Shown: positions 50,851 through 60,979 of the stretch, piece after piece
Position numbering within the stretch: the first letter of the stretch is position 1
Layout of the letters: every line of letters begins with the position of its first letter
NCBI GenBank assembly: GCA_965237415.1
Contig: CBDEFM010000002.1
Coordinates: 1 to 64,000 of the forward strand
Direction: 5' to 3'
Length of the DNA: 64,000 bases
Source of the DNA: Alphaproteobacteria bacterium
Lineage (GTDB): Bacteria > Pseudomonadota > Alphaproteobacteria > UBA828
The notes under the pieces: model-generated
Database searches by the model: none
What the model was told of the DNA's origin: nothing
The model's input: only the letters and a program-made list of their open reading frames with translations
Made by a program: the position numbers and the translations under genes

Positions 50851-51351
50851 GTCATCCCGGTGATGACGCTGCGCCGCTGGCGGCAGTGGTGGCAAGAGAC
50901 ATTACCGGCGACGCCGGCATGGCGCTGGAAGCGGGGCGAGTTGGCAACGCCGCCCGATGAGGCGCCGCTGGTCTATCTGCTGCGTTCCATCCGGGGCCGG
51001 ACCCTGCGCTCGCGGCTGCTGCGGAGCCTGATCTGGCTTCTTCCGTGGACTGGTTTTTGCGCGCTCGGCGATGGCCGGGCGCGGCCCGCAGAAAGCGTTT
51101 CTGTCACGATCGCGTAGGGCGTTCTACACCGCGTCTTCCCGGACACCGGCCAGGGAGAGACGCGGTCATGGGCAGTGACAACGGCAAGGGCGACCGCGAC
51201 GGGTGGGCGCGTCTGCGCTTCGCGGTCGTCGGGCCGCTTCTGGCCTCGCCGCCGCCCAAGGGGCGGTTGCGGGCGGAGCTAGAGCGGCTGGCGCAGCAGA
51301 GCTGGGAACATCCCACCAGCGGCGGGCAGGTGCGCTTCTCGGCCTCGACGA
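50851..51351 (+). mobile_element. Fragment of a DDE-type transposon (small upstream ORF plus transposase N-terminus)
   Basis: [11 protein letters not shown]; WARLRFAVVGPLL..HPTSG..RFSASTI. Confidence 0.55.
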
Positions 51352-53356
51352 TCATGTGCATGCCTTCGCCTTCTTCGGCGGGGTTCCGCAATCGGTTCTC
51401 TACGACAACGACCGCTGCCTGGTGTCGCGCATTCTGGCGGACGGGACGCGCAGGCGGGCGCGGCTCTTCGGCGGGTTCCTGTCGCATTACCTCGTGCGCG
51501 ATCGTTACGGGCGCCCGGGCAAGGGGAACGACAAGGGCGCGGTGGAGGGTCTGGTGGGCTTTGCCCGGCGCAACTTCATGGTGCCGCTTCCGCGCTTTGC
51601 CGGCTGGGAAGCGTTCAATCTGCGGCTCGAGGAGCAGTGCCGCCGCCGCCAGGGCGATATCCTGCGCGGGCACCGAGAGACCATCGGGGAGCGCCTGGTG
51701 CGGGATCTGGAGGCCATGTCCGCGCCGCCGGCGGCGCCCTTCGAGGCCTGCGCCCAGGCTCCCGGACAGGTCAGCTCGCAGTCTCTGGTCCGTTACGAGA
51801 CCAACGATTACTCGGTGCCGGTGGCCTATGGCCATCGCGACGTCTGGGTGCGCGGTTACGTCGACCGGGTGGTGATCGGCTGCGGCGGAGAGGTCATCGC
51901 CCGCCATCCCCGGTCCTATGAGCGTGAGGACACGATCTTCGAGCCGATCCACTATCTGCCCCTGATCGAGCAGAAGATCGGCGCGCTGGATCAGGCGGCG
52001 CCTCTCGCCGGATGGGACCTGCCGCCCGCGTTCCAGACCCTGCGCCGCCTGATGGAGGCGCGCTCGGGCCGGGCGGGGCGGCGGGAGTATGTGCAGGTCC
52101 TGCGGCTGCTGGAGAGCTTCGGGCTGGAGGATCTCGATGGCGCCGTGAAGGACGCCCTGCGCCTGGGCGCCATCGGCTTCGACGCGGTCAAGCATCTGGT
52201 GCTGTGCCGGGTCGAGAAGCGCCCGCCGAAGCTCGACCTCGACGTCTACCCGTATCTGCCGAAAGCCACTGTCGGCAGGACCTCGGCCGCCAGCTACATG
52301 TGCCTGCTGTCGGAGGACGCGGCATGACGGACAGACCCCAAATCCTGCTGGCACACCACCTCAAGACCCTGAAGCTGCCGACCTTCCTGCGGGAATACGA
52401 GAAAGTGGCGCGCCAGTGCGCGGCCGAGGCCCTGGATCATGTTCAGTTCCTGGCCCGGCTGGTGGAGCTGGAACTGATCGATCGCGAACGGCGCATGGTC
52501 GAGCGGCGCATCAAGGCAGCGAAGTTCCCGGTCGCCAAGAGCCTCGACAGCTTCGACTTCAAGGCCATCCCCGCGCTGAACAAGGCGCAGGTGCTGGAGT
52601 TGGCGCGCTGCGAGTGGATCGAGCGGCGCGAGAACGTCATCGCCCTGGGCCCGAGCGGCACGGGCAAGACCCATGTCGCCCTGGGGCTCGGGCTGGCCGC
52701 CTGCCAGAGGGGCCTCTCTACCGGCTTCACCTCGGCCGCCGCGCTCGTGCACGAGTTGATGGAAGCCCGCGACGAGCGCCGCCTCCTGCGGCTCCAGAAG
52801 CAGATGGTCGCCTGCACGCTGCTAATCATCGACGAGTTGGGCTTCGTGCCGCTGAGCAAGACCGGCGCCGAGCTTCTGTTCGAGCTGATCTCGCAGCGCT
52901 ACGAGCGGGGCGCCACGCTCATCACCTCCAACCTCCCCTTCGACGAATGGACCGGGACCTTCGGCTCCGAGCGCCTGACCGGGGCGCTGCTCGACCGTCT
53001 CACCCATCACGTCAACATCCTCGAGATGAACGGCGACAGCTACCGCCTCAGCCAGAGCCGCGCCCGCAGAAACAGCGCCGATAGCTGAACTCCGGCGCGC
53101 CACCGATCGGCCCCGGCCGGCAACGCGCCTCTAAGGCCCGGGTGGCGAGACTGACCCCAACCCGACAAACCATGCCGCCCTGCGGGCGGGCGGCGGGCGC
53201 GGACCGCTTGAGCTCTGCATGGCTCCGCTGCCCGCTCCCGCCGAAAAACCCTCGCAACGCGTCTCCGAATCCCAGTCTCACGCCAAGCTCAGCCCACCAG
53301 CCCAGGTGGCAGTCTTTTGCGCCGCCCTCTGGCCGAATCTTCAACCGGCGTTGACA
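51352..53356 (+). mobile_element. IS21 family element, 5'-truncated istA plus intact istB
   Basis: IstA FFGGVP..LYDN, KG.VE, N.YSVP; right end ..CGGCGTTGACA at 53356. Confidence 0.9.
52324..53088 (+). CDS. istB: IS21 helper ATPase IstB
   Basis: GPSGTGKTH, LLIIDELG, TSN, LDRLTHH. Confidence 0.93.
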   Translation: MTDRPQILLAHHLKTLKLPTFLREYEKVARQCAAEALDHVQFLARLVELELIDRERRMVERRIKAAKFPVAKSLDSFDFKAIPALNKAQVLELARCEWIERRENVIALGPSGTGKTHVALGLGLAACQRGLSTGFTSAAALVHELMEARDERRLLRLQKQMVACTLLIIDELGFVPLSKTGAELLFELISQRYERGATLITSNLPFDEWTGTFGSERLTGALLDRLTHHVNILEMNGDSYRLSQSRARRNSADS

Positions 53357-53503
53357 ACAGCCACACCACGATGAACAGCCTACACTGAGCCTTACTTCAG
53401 TGCCAGATGACTAGTCCCACGCCGTCGTGGGCGGCATAGTCCGTGAGCTTCATCGCCATATCTCCCGATCGCGGCTCCGTTCAGACGCGCGTGCGCGGCT
53501 GCC

Positions 53504-55096
53504 CTATTCTTCGTCGAGCCAGAGGATAGAGAAGTCGTACCAGTTCTCCGGCGGGTTCACGAAGCCCTTCACGCTGGGGTGGAGCACCAGCGGGTTGTAA
53601 TAGACGAACTTCGGCGCATAGGCGAAGTCCTGGCCCATGATGATCTCGTTCGCCTGCCGATAGAGCGTCGCCGCCTTGGCCTCGTCCTTCTCGGCCAGCG
53701 CCTGGTTGAAGAGCGCATCGACCTCCGGGTTGCAGTACCAGCCGACATTGAAGCCGTTGGGCGGCTGCGAATCACAGCGCGACATGACCTGGGTCCAGTA
53801 CGGGACCGACCAGCCCCAGCCGACCTCGTTCATGTGCAGGCCTTCCGGCATCCCCTGGACCCACTTGCCGAGGTAGGTGATCCACTCGATCTTGTTGAGC
53901 TTGACGTCGATCCCGACCTTCTTGAGATCGCGCTGGATCCACTTCTCCCAGACCTCGTTGTAGCCGTACTCGTAGATGTCGAACTCGATGGCGAGCCCGT
54001 CACCGTGGCCGGCCTCGGCGAGCAGCGCTTTCGCGCCTTCGGGGTCGTAGGGTGCGGAGACGTAGCCGGGCTGGTAGGCGAAGGTGCCCGGCGAGAGCAT
54101 GCCGTATTCCGCCCGTCCGGTGTCCTTCAGAATCTCGCTGGCGATCCCCTCCCGGTCGATCGCCATGTTGATCGCCTTGCGGACCCGGACGTCCGACATG
54201 ATCGGGTCCTTGTGGTTGAAGAAGAGCAGCCAGATCGAGGGGATGTTCTCGTTGGTCGAGATCACGAAGCCCTCTTCCTCAAGTCCTTCGAGCTCGTCCC
54301 ACGGCGCCTCGTTGATCATGTGCACTTCGCCGGCGCGCATGGCGGAAAGCCGCGACGCCTGATCCGAGAGCGGGCGGAAGATCAGCGTGTCGATATTGGC
54401 CTTCTTGCCCCAGTAGTCGTCGAAGCGCTCCAGCACCACCTTGATGTTCTGCTCGCGCTCGACGAACTTGAACGCCCCGGTGCCGACCGGCGCGAGGGGG
54501 AAGCCGTCATTGCCCACCTTCTCGATCTGGGTGGGGCTGATGATCATCGGCATCCCGCAGGCCTGTACGCCGAACTGCAGCCATTCGTAGTTGGGCTGGG
54601 TCAGCGTGATGGTGACCTCCATGGGGCCGGTCACCTCGACCGATTTGATCCAGCGGGTGTAGTAGCCCATGAAGGCCGCGGCGGTGGCGTAGAACTGCGG
54701 CGCCTCCTTGTCGAAGAAGCGGTCGTAGTTCCATTTGACGACCTCGGCGTCCACGCCGGTGCCGTCGTGGAACCTCACGTTCTCCCTGATCTTGAAGGTG
54801 TAGACCGTGCCGTCCTCGGAGCGCACCCACGATTCCGCGACCGCGGGCTTGAGCTTCGCGCTCTTCGCCTCCGGGTCGGCCAGGTCGAGCATGACCAGCC
54901 CTTCGAACATGTTGTGAATGGCGTTCGTGGTGTACCAGCTGCAGGTGGCATGCGGGTCCAGGATGTTCATCTCGCTGGACATGCCCCACACGAAGGTACC
55001 GCCCTGGCGGGGCTCCTCGGCGCCTGCGGTGCCGGCGCCGGCGAGACTGCCGGCGATGATGGCCGCTCCCAGAAAACGAGCCAGTCTGTTGCTCAT
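53504..55096 (-). CDS. Peptide/nickel-type ABC substrate-binding protein
   Basis: LDPH, FEGLV, FHDGT, PVGTG.F, VR.AI.MAIDR. Confidence 0.9.
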   Translation of the reverse strand: MSNRLARFLGAAIIAGSLAGAGTAGAEEPRQGGTFVWGMSSEMNILDPHATCSWYTTNAIHNMFEGLVMLDLADPEAKSAKLKPAVAESWVRSEDGTVYTFKIRENVRFHDGTGVDAEVVKWNYDRFFDKEAPQFYATAAAFMGYYTRWIKSVEVTGPMEVTITLTQPNYEWLQFGVQACGMPMIISPTQIEKVGNDGFPLAPVGTGAFKFVEREQNIKVVLERFDDYWGKKANIDTLIFRPLSDQASRLSAMRAGEVHMINEAPWDELEGLEEEGFVISTNENIPSIWLLFFNHKDPIMSDVRVRKAINMAIDREGIASEILKDTGRAEYGMLSPGTFAYQPGYVSAPYDPEGAKALLAEAGHGDGLAIEFDIYEYGYNEVWEKWIQRDLKKVGIDVKLNKIEWITYLGKWVQGMPEGLHMNEVGWGWSVPYWTQVMSRCDSQPPNGFNVGWYCNPEVDALFNQALAEKDEAKAATLYRQANEIIMGQDFAYAPKFVYYNPLVLHPSVKGFVNPPENWYDFSILWLDEE

Positions 55097-55247
55097 GAAT
55101 CGTTCCTCCCTGCGCTCGCCTGGTGGCTGCGATATCGGCAGCTTCTCGGCGCTCTTGTGGTTTGGGACGCGGGCGAGCACGGCATCCCGGCCTCTTCCGG
55201 AACGGTAGCGCCGAATCGGCGGGCCGGCAACCGGCGAGGCCAGGGCG

Positions 55248-56656
55248 TGTCGCTAGCACATGATGTGTCCGGTTTAGGTAGCACACGAGTTGTCCGGTTT
55301 GGTGTCTCCGTGGGGAGGGACCGCGATGAGCCGGACGACGTTGCTACAGGAACGCAGGATGCAGACGTTTCAGAATGTGCTGGGGCACTGGCAGGCACGA
55401 CGCCTGTCTGCGCTGGAGGCGGCGGAGATGCTGGGGATGAGCGAGCGGAGCTTCCGCCGCTACCGGCGCCGCTACGAGGACGATGGCCTCGACGGATTGT
55501 TCGACCGAAGGCTCGACAAGGCGTCCGCGCGCCGCGTGCCGGCCGACCGGATCGAATGGGTGCTCGAGCAGTACCGAACCCGCCATACGGGCTGGACGGT
55601 CAAGCACTTCCACGACCATCTCTGCGCCCACCATGGCTTCGCCTGGAGCTACACCTGGACCAAGACCACCTTGCAGCGCGCAGGCCTGGTGTCCAAGGCA
55701 CCCAGGCGCGGCGCCCACCGTCGCCGGCGCCCGCGCAAGCCCTGCGTCGGCATGATGCTCCATCAGGACGGCTCACGCCATGAGTGGCTGGCCGGCCAGG
55801 CGGCGTGCGACCTGATCGTCACCATGGACGACGCCACCTCAGAGATCTATTCGGCCTTCCTGGTCGAGGAGGAAGGCACCGCGTCCACCTTCCGGGCGCT
55901 GAAGCAGGTGTTCACCGACAAGGGGATGCCCAGCAGCCTCTACACCGACCGTGGCAGCCACTACTTCCACACCCCCGAAGCAGGCGGCAAGGTCGCCAAG
56001 GATCAACACACCCAGGTCGGCCGCGCCCTCCATCAGCTCGGCATCGAGCACATCGCTGCCTATTCGCCCGAGGCCCGCGGCCGCTCCGAGCGCGCCTTCG
56101 GCACCCTCCAGGACCGCCTCGTCAAGGAACTGGCGTTGGCGGGGATCGCGACGGTCGAAGCCGCCGACCGCTTCATCGCAGACACCTACCTGCCCGACCA
56201 CAATCGCCGCTTCGCCACCCCGCCCGAGCTCGACGACAGCGCCTTCGTGCCCCTCGTCCGCCCCGACCAGGTCGACGACATCCTCTGTCGCCGCACAGAG
56301 CGCACAGTCGCCCGCGACAACACCGTGCGCTACGAAAGGCGCGTCCTCCAGATCCCCGCCACCCCGGCCCGGCCCCACTACGTCAAGGCCACGGTCCGGG
56401 TGCACGAGTATCCGGACGGAACCCTCGCCCTCTTCCACGGGCCCCGATGCCTCGCCCGCTACAACGCCAACGGCGAGCCCGTCGAAACCCCAAACCCGGC
56501 AGGCCGCGTGAGACGCTTCGACGCGACCGGCCGGCGCCCTGTGGACAAGTGGACAGCCGCTCCGCGCCTGACCACTTGTCCACAGGGCAAACCGCAACAA
56601 CAGAAGCGGACATATGATGTGCTACGAAAACCGGACAAATACACTTGCTAGCGACA
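55248..56656 (+). mobile_element. Complete IS1202-like element with 17-bp target-site duplication
   Basis: Ends TGTCGCTAGCA..TGCTAGCGACA, internal repeated TGTCCGGTTT; DR CCGGCGAGGCCAGGGCG at 55231-55247 and 56657-56673. Confidence 0.95.
55326..56651 (+). CDS. IS1202-like DDE transposase (C-terminus extended by a 1-nt shift near 56490)
   Basis: HQDGS, DDATSEI, YTDR, GRSER; the QTRQAA* end matching copy 1 lies in another frame. Confidence 0.9.
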   Translation: MSRTTLLQERRMQTFQNVLGHWQARRLSALEAAEMLGMSERSFRRYRRRYEDDGLDGLFDRRLDKASARRVPADRIEWVLEQYRTRHTGWTVKHFHDHLCAHHGFAWSYTWTKTTLQRAGLVSKAPRRGAHRRRRPRKPCVGMMLHQDGSRHEWLAGQAACDLIVTMDDATSEIYSAFLVEEEGTASTFRALKQVFTDKGMPSSLYTDRGSHYFHTPEAGGKVAKDQHTQVGRALHQLGIEHIAAYSPEARGRSERAFGTLQDRLVKELALAGIATVEAADRFIADTYLPDHNRRFATPPELDDSAFVPLVRPDQVDDILCRRTERTVARDNTVRYERRVLQIPATPARPHYVKATVRVHEYPDGTLALFHGPRCLARYNANGEPVETPNPAGRVRRFDATGRRPVDKWTAAPRLTTCPQGKPQQQKRTYDVLRKPDKYTC

Positions 56657-56661
56657 CCGGC

Positions 56662-56704
56662 GAGGCCAGGGCGTTTCCGTTCCACACGGAAACGCCCTGG
56701 CCTC
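56662..56704. terminator. Perfect 19-bp stem hairpin at the IS target
   Basis: GAGGCCAGGGCGTTTCCGT-TCCAC-ACGGAAACGCCCTGGCCTC. Confidence 0.6.
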
Positions 56705-56832
56705 ATTGTCGCTCACGGCGACCGGCCTCCGGCCGGCGCCTCTTCGTCGCGCGTTCGCGCGCGCGATGGGCGCCGCAGGAGCGGCGGGCCGCTCTCGCGG
56801 CCTGTCGCGGGTCCGACAAAATCGGACTCGGG

Positions 56833-57495
56833 CTAGTAGCCCTTGGGCGGGGCCTCGATGTCGGTGTCCTGCCCCGCTGCGGTGACGATGGCGGCGTCCA
56901 CCGCGTCGGCCATCAGGTCGAGGCTCATCGACGGGTATTCGTGCTCGGGATAGGAGGCCTGGGCGACATAGCCGGGGCTGCAGGGCACATGGATGAAGCC
57001 CGTGCGCGTCGGCAGCGCCTTCTCGTGCACGAGGTGGAGCGCCGTGTACATGATCTGGTTGCAGAGGTAGGTGGAGGCCGTGTTCGAGACCTTCGCCGGA
57101 ACCCCGCGCTCGTTCATCGCCGCGACGATGGCCTTGACCGGCAGCGTCGCGCGGTAGGCGAAGGGGCCGTCCTGGAACACCGGCTCGTCCACCGGCTGGG
57201 CGTCCACGTTGTCCGGCACCGGAAAGTCCTTGACGTTGGCGGCCGTCCGCTCGACCGCGACGACCGTGCTGCCCGGAAAGAGCCCGAGGCTGATCCAGAT
57301 GTCCGGCCGGTGCGTGTCGAGAGCTTCGTCCACCAATGACGCAATGCGCGTGCTGTCCACCGGCACGCGGAGCGTGATCAGCTCGATATCGGCAAAATTC
57401 TGCTCCCGCGCGCGGTCGAGCAGGTCGAGGGTCGGGTTCTCGCTTGCGTGCGACCAAGGCTCGTAGCCGGTCAACACCACACGTTTCGCCGTCAT
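56833..57495 (-). CDS. pcp: Pyroglutamyl-peptidase I
   Basis: LTGYEPW..NP, VERTAAN, SNTASTYLCN, GFIHVP. Confidence 0.9.
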   Translation of the reverse strand: MTAKRVVLTGYEPWSHASENPTLDLLDRAREQNFADIELITLRVPVDSTRIASLVDEALDTHRPDIWISLGLFPGSTVVAVERTAANVKDFPVPDNVDAQPVDEPVFQDGPFAYRATLPVKAIVAAMNERGVPAKVSNTASTYLCNQIMYTALHLVHEKALPTRTGFIHVPCSPGYVAQASYPEHEYPSMSLDLMADAVDAAIVTAAGQDTDIEAPPKGY

Positions 57496-57661
57496 GGAAC
57501 AGTCTCCCCGGAGCTGAGATCGCCGCAGGCTCGCCCGGATCGGCCTTCGGCGCAACCGCACCACGATGCGGGTGCGCCGGCCGAGAAATTGGTCTTAGCT
57601 GGGGCGCCCTTGCAGATATGCTCGGCCGCACGAGCCGGACAGTCGACAACGGGAGGAGACG

Positions 57662-59098
57662 ATGGCATCCGATGATCTCTGCTACCTGACCGCAACCGAG
57701 GCGATCGAGGGCTTTCGCGCGCAAACGCTCTCGCCGGTGGAACTCATGTCGGCGGTCATCGCCCGCTCCGAGGCGGTGAACCCCAAGGTCAACGCCTACA
57801 CCTACACCTTCTACGAGCGTGCGCTGGAGCAGGCGCGGGCGGCGGAGCGGATTTACGCATCGGGCGGCGAGACGCGCCCCCTGGAAGGCGTGCCGGTCGT
57901 CATCAAGGACTTCCACGCCGTCAAGGGCGAGATCACCACCTTCGGCTCACGGGTCTTCGCCGACCATGTGCCGGAGTTCTCGGCGCCGACGGTGGAGCGC
58001 CTGCTCGACGCAGGCGCGATCATGCACGCGCGGACCACCTCGCCGGAGATGGCCCATGCGCCGCATTCCACCAGCTTGCTGTGGGGAGCGACGCGCAATC
58101 CGTGGAACCTGGACTACGGCCCTGGCGGCTCGTCGGGCGGCGCGGGTGCCGCGATCGCGTCCGGCATGACCACGCTGGCCGACGGCACCGACGGCGGCGG
58201 CTCGATCCGCATCCCGGCGGGCTCGTGCGGAATCTTCGGCTACAAGGCGCCCTTCGGCCGCAACCCGACGGATCGCGACCATCCGCGCGAATCCCTCTTG
58301 CACTACGGTCCCATGACTCGCAGCGTCGCCGACGCCGCGCTGATGCAGAACGTGATGGCGGGTCCCCACCCCGACGATATGTGCTCGCTCCGGCCGAAAC
58401 TCGAGATTCCGGAGACGCTGGAGCCGATCAAGGGGTGGAAGGTCGCGTTCTCGATGGATCTCGGCTACTTCGAGGTGGACGAGGAGGTGCAGAAGAACAC
58501 GCGCGACGCGATCCAGACCTTCCGGGACCTCGGCTGCACGGTCGAAGAGGTGGATGTCGGCTGGAGCACGGAGGTGCTCGACGCCTGGACCGTGATCTGG
58601 GAAGGGCTGTTCTGGGCCACGGTGGGCCCCGACTATCCGCGCTGGAAGTACAAGCTCGAGGGCTTCGTGCGCGGCATCCTGGAACGCGGCGCCCAGCACA
58701 GCCTTTCGCGCTTCTACCGGACCAACGCCGTGCGCGGCGAGATGTACCGCACCCTTGCCCCCATCCTGGAGGCGCACGACATCCTCGTCTGCCCCACCAA
58801 CGGCCTGCCGGCACTGCCGATCGACCACGATCTGAGCGACACCAGCTTCCGCATCAACGGCAAGACGCTCACGACCTCAAACCACCCCGGCGACATCTAC
58901 GTGCAGTGGCAGCTCAACTATCCCTTCAACCTGGTGCCCGAATGCCCGGTGGCCAGCATCCCGAGCGGCTTCGCGTCCAACGGCGTGCCCACCGGGATTC
59001 AGATCGTCGGCCGCACCTATGACGACGTCTCGGTGTTCCGCGCCGCCGCCGACTACGAGCGCGCCCGGCCATGGGCCCACCACAGGCCGCCGGTGTGA
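57662..59098 (+). CDS. Amidase (amidase signature family)
   Basis: GVPVVIKD, GGSSGG, GTDGGGSIRIPA. Confidence 0.92.
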   Translation: MASDDLCYLTATEAIEGFRAQTLSPVELMSAVIARSEAVNPKVNAYTYTFYERALEQARAAERIYASGGETRPLEGVPVVIKDFHAVKGEITTFGSRVFADHVPEFSAPTVERLLDAGAIMHARTTSPEMAHAPHSTSLLWGATRNPWNLDYGPGGSSGGAGAAIASGMTTLADGTDGGGSIRIPAGSCGIFGYKAPFGRNPTDRDHPRESLLHYGPMTRSVADAALMQNVMAGPHPDDMCSLRPKLEIPETLEPIKGWKVAFSMDLGYFEVDEEVQKNTRDAIQTFRDLGCTVEEVDVGWSTEVLDAWTVIWEGLFWATVGPDYPRWKYKLEGFVRGILERGAQHSLSRFYRTNAVRGEMYRTLAPILEAHDILVCPTNGLPALPIDHDLSDTSFRINGKTLTTSNHPGDIYVQWQLNYPFNLVPECPVASIPSGFASNGVPTGIQIVGRTYDDVSVFRAAADYERARPWAHHRPPV

Positions 59099-59243
59099 GC
59101 GAGACGGGCCGGCAGGCGGAGGCGGGACGGAAATCGCCATTTGGCCAGCGTGTCCCAAGGTTGTACGCTGCGGACCCAGGCGCGGGCGGAGGCGGCCAGC
59201 GAGGCGGTTTGGCGCGCGCGCAAGCGAGTGAGGGAGAACGCAC

Positions 59244-60842
59244 ATGCTTCGATCGTTGCGAACGGTGGCCATGGCAGGCGCCGTCACCGTGGCCGGCGCC
59301 GCTTTGGCGTTGGGCGCATTCGACACGAAATCCGCCAAGGCCGAGGGCGGCACGCTGGTCTGGTCGATCCCGGCGGCGATGAGCCTCTTCGATCCGCCGC
59401 AGTCCTGCGGCTGGCTCACAAAGAACGCCACCCACATGATCTTCGACGGCCTGGTCGAGCTGGAGCTCGGCAAGCCGGAGGAGGGATGGTCGACGCTCAG
59501 GCCGGCGCTCGCCGAGTCCTGGACCGTCTCCGACGACGGCATGACCTATACCTTCAACCTGCGCAAGGGCGTCAAGTTCCACGACGGCTCGCCCTTCAAC
59601 GCCGAGGTGGCGAAGTGGAACTACGACCGCTTCGCCGATCCGGACGCGCCGCAGTACAGCAAGGTCGGCGCCGCCTTTCTGAGCTTCTACGCCCGCTGGA
59701 TCGAGTCCACCCGCGTGGTCGACGAGAATACCTTCGAGGTGGTCCTCACCCAGCCGCACTATGAGTGGCTGCAGATCGGCCAGTCCTCCTGCGGGCAGCC
59801 GGAGATGATCAGCCCGGTCGCCTGGGAAAAGTACGGCGACCAGGACATCGCGCTCAATCCGGTGGGCACCGGGCCCTTCAAGTTCGTCGAGCGCGAGATC
59901 GACGTGATGGTCGTGCTCGAGCGCAACGACGACTATTACGGCGAGCCGGCGAAGCTCGACCGCATGATCTACCGGCAGATCACCGATCCCGCGACGCGCA
60001 TCGCGGCGCTCAGGGCCGGTGAGATCAACATGGTCACGGAGCCGACCTGGGACGAGATCGAGAACCTGGTGGACGAGGGCTTCCAGCTCCTGCTGCAGCC
60101 CAACGTGCCCTCGGTCTGGTACGCCGCGTTCAACATGAAGCACGAGGCGCTTCAGGATGTCCGCGTGCGCCGGGCGATCAACATGGCGGTCGACCGGGAA
60201 GGCGTTGCGCGCGAGGTGTTGAGGGGCACCGGCAAGGCCGAGCACGGCATGCTCTCCGCCGGCACTTTCGCCTACGATCCCAACTACGCGCCCTATCCCT
60301 TCGACCCCGAGGGCGCGAAGGCGCTGCTCGCCGAGGCCGGCTACGGGGACGGCTTGGAGCTCACCTTCGAGATCTTCGACTACGGCTGGAACGAGGCCTG
60401 GGAGAAGTGGCTCCAGCGCGACCTCAAGAAGGTTGGCATCGACCTCAAGCTGGAAAAGCTGGAGTGGATGACCTACCTCGGCAAGTGGCTCCAGGGCATG
60501 CCCGAGGGCGTGGCGATGAACAGCATGGGCTGGGGCTGGTCGGTTCCCTACTGGACCGCCCATGCCACGCGCTGCGACCATCACCCGCCGAACGGCATCA
60601 ACGGCGGCTGGTACTGCAACGAGAAGGTCGATGCGCTCTATCAGCAGGCGATCCAGACCGAGGATCAGGCTGAGGCCACGAGGCTCTATCGCGAGGCCAA
60701 CCGCATCATCATGGAGGAAGACGTGGCCTTCCTGCCGGTGTTCAGCTACCACAATCCGATCCTGCTGGCGCCCGACGTGAAGGGCTTCGTCAACGGTCAG
60801 GAGAACTGGTACGACTTCACCCTGCCCTATATCGAGGAGTAG
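59244..60842 (+). CDS. Peptide/nickel-type ABC substrate-binding protein
   Basis: FDGLV, FHDGS, PVGTGPF, VRRAINMAVDR; paralog of 53504-55096. Confidence 0.9.
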   Translation: MLRSLRTVAMAGAVTVAGAALALGAFDTKSAKAEGGTLVWSIPAAMSLFDPPQSCGWLTKNATHMIFDGLVELELGKPEEGWSTLRPALAESWTVSDDGMTYTFNLRKGVKFHDGSPFNAEVAKWNYDRFADPDAPQYSKVGAAFLSFYARWIESTRVVDENTFEVVLTQPHYEWLQIGQSSCGQPEMISPVAWEKYGDQDIALNPVGTGPFKFVEREIDVMVVLERNDDYYGEPAKLDRMIYRQITDPATRIAALRAGEINMVTEPTWDEIENLVDEGFQLLLQPNVPSVWYAAFNMKHEALQDVRVRRAINMAVDREGVAREVLRGTGKAEHGMLSAGTFAYDPNYAPYPFDPEGAKALLAEAGYGDGLELTFEIFDYGWNEAWEKWLQRDLKKVGIDLKLEKLEWMTYLGKWLQGMPEGVAMNSMGWGWSVPYWTAHATRCDHHPPNGINGGWYCNEKVDALYQQAIQTEDQAEATRLYREANRIIMEEDVAFLPVFSYHNPILLAPDVKGFVNGQENWYDFTLPYIEE

Positions 60843-60979
60843 GGAGTACCGGACTCAGCTGGTGAGGCCGCCGGGCAGGGCGCCCGGCGGCCGGCCGCAT
60901 AGGGCATGGGGATGGGCCGCGATGCGCGCGAGCCCGTCCCCGTGACCGTTCCCACGCTACCTGAGGCTGCCACCGACCC

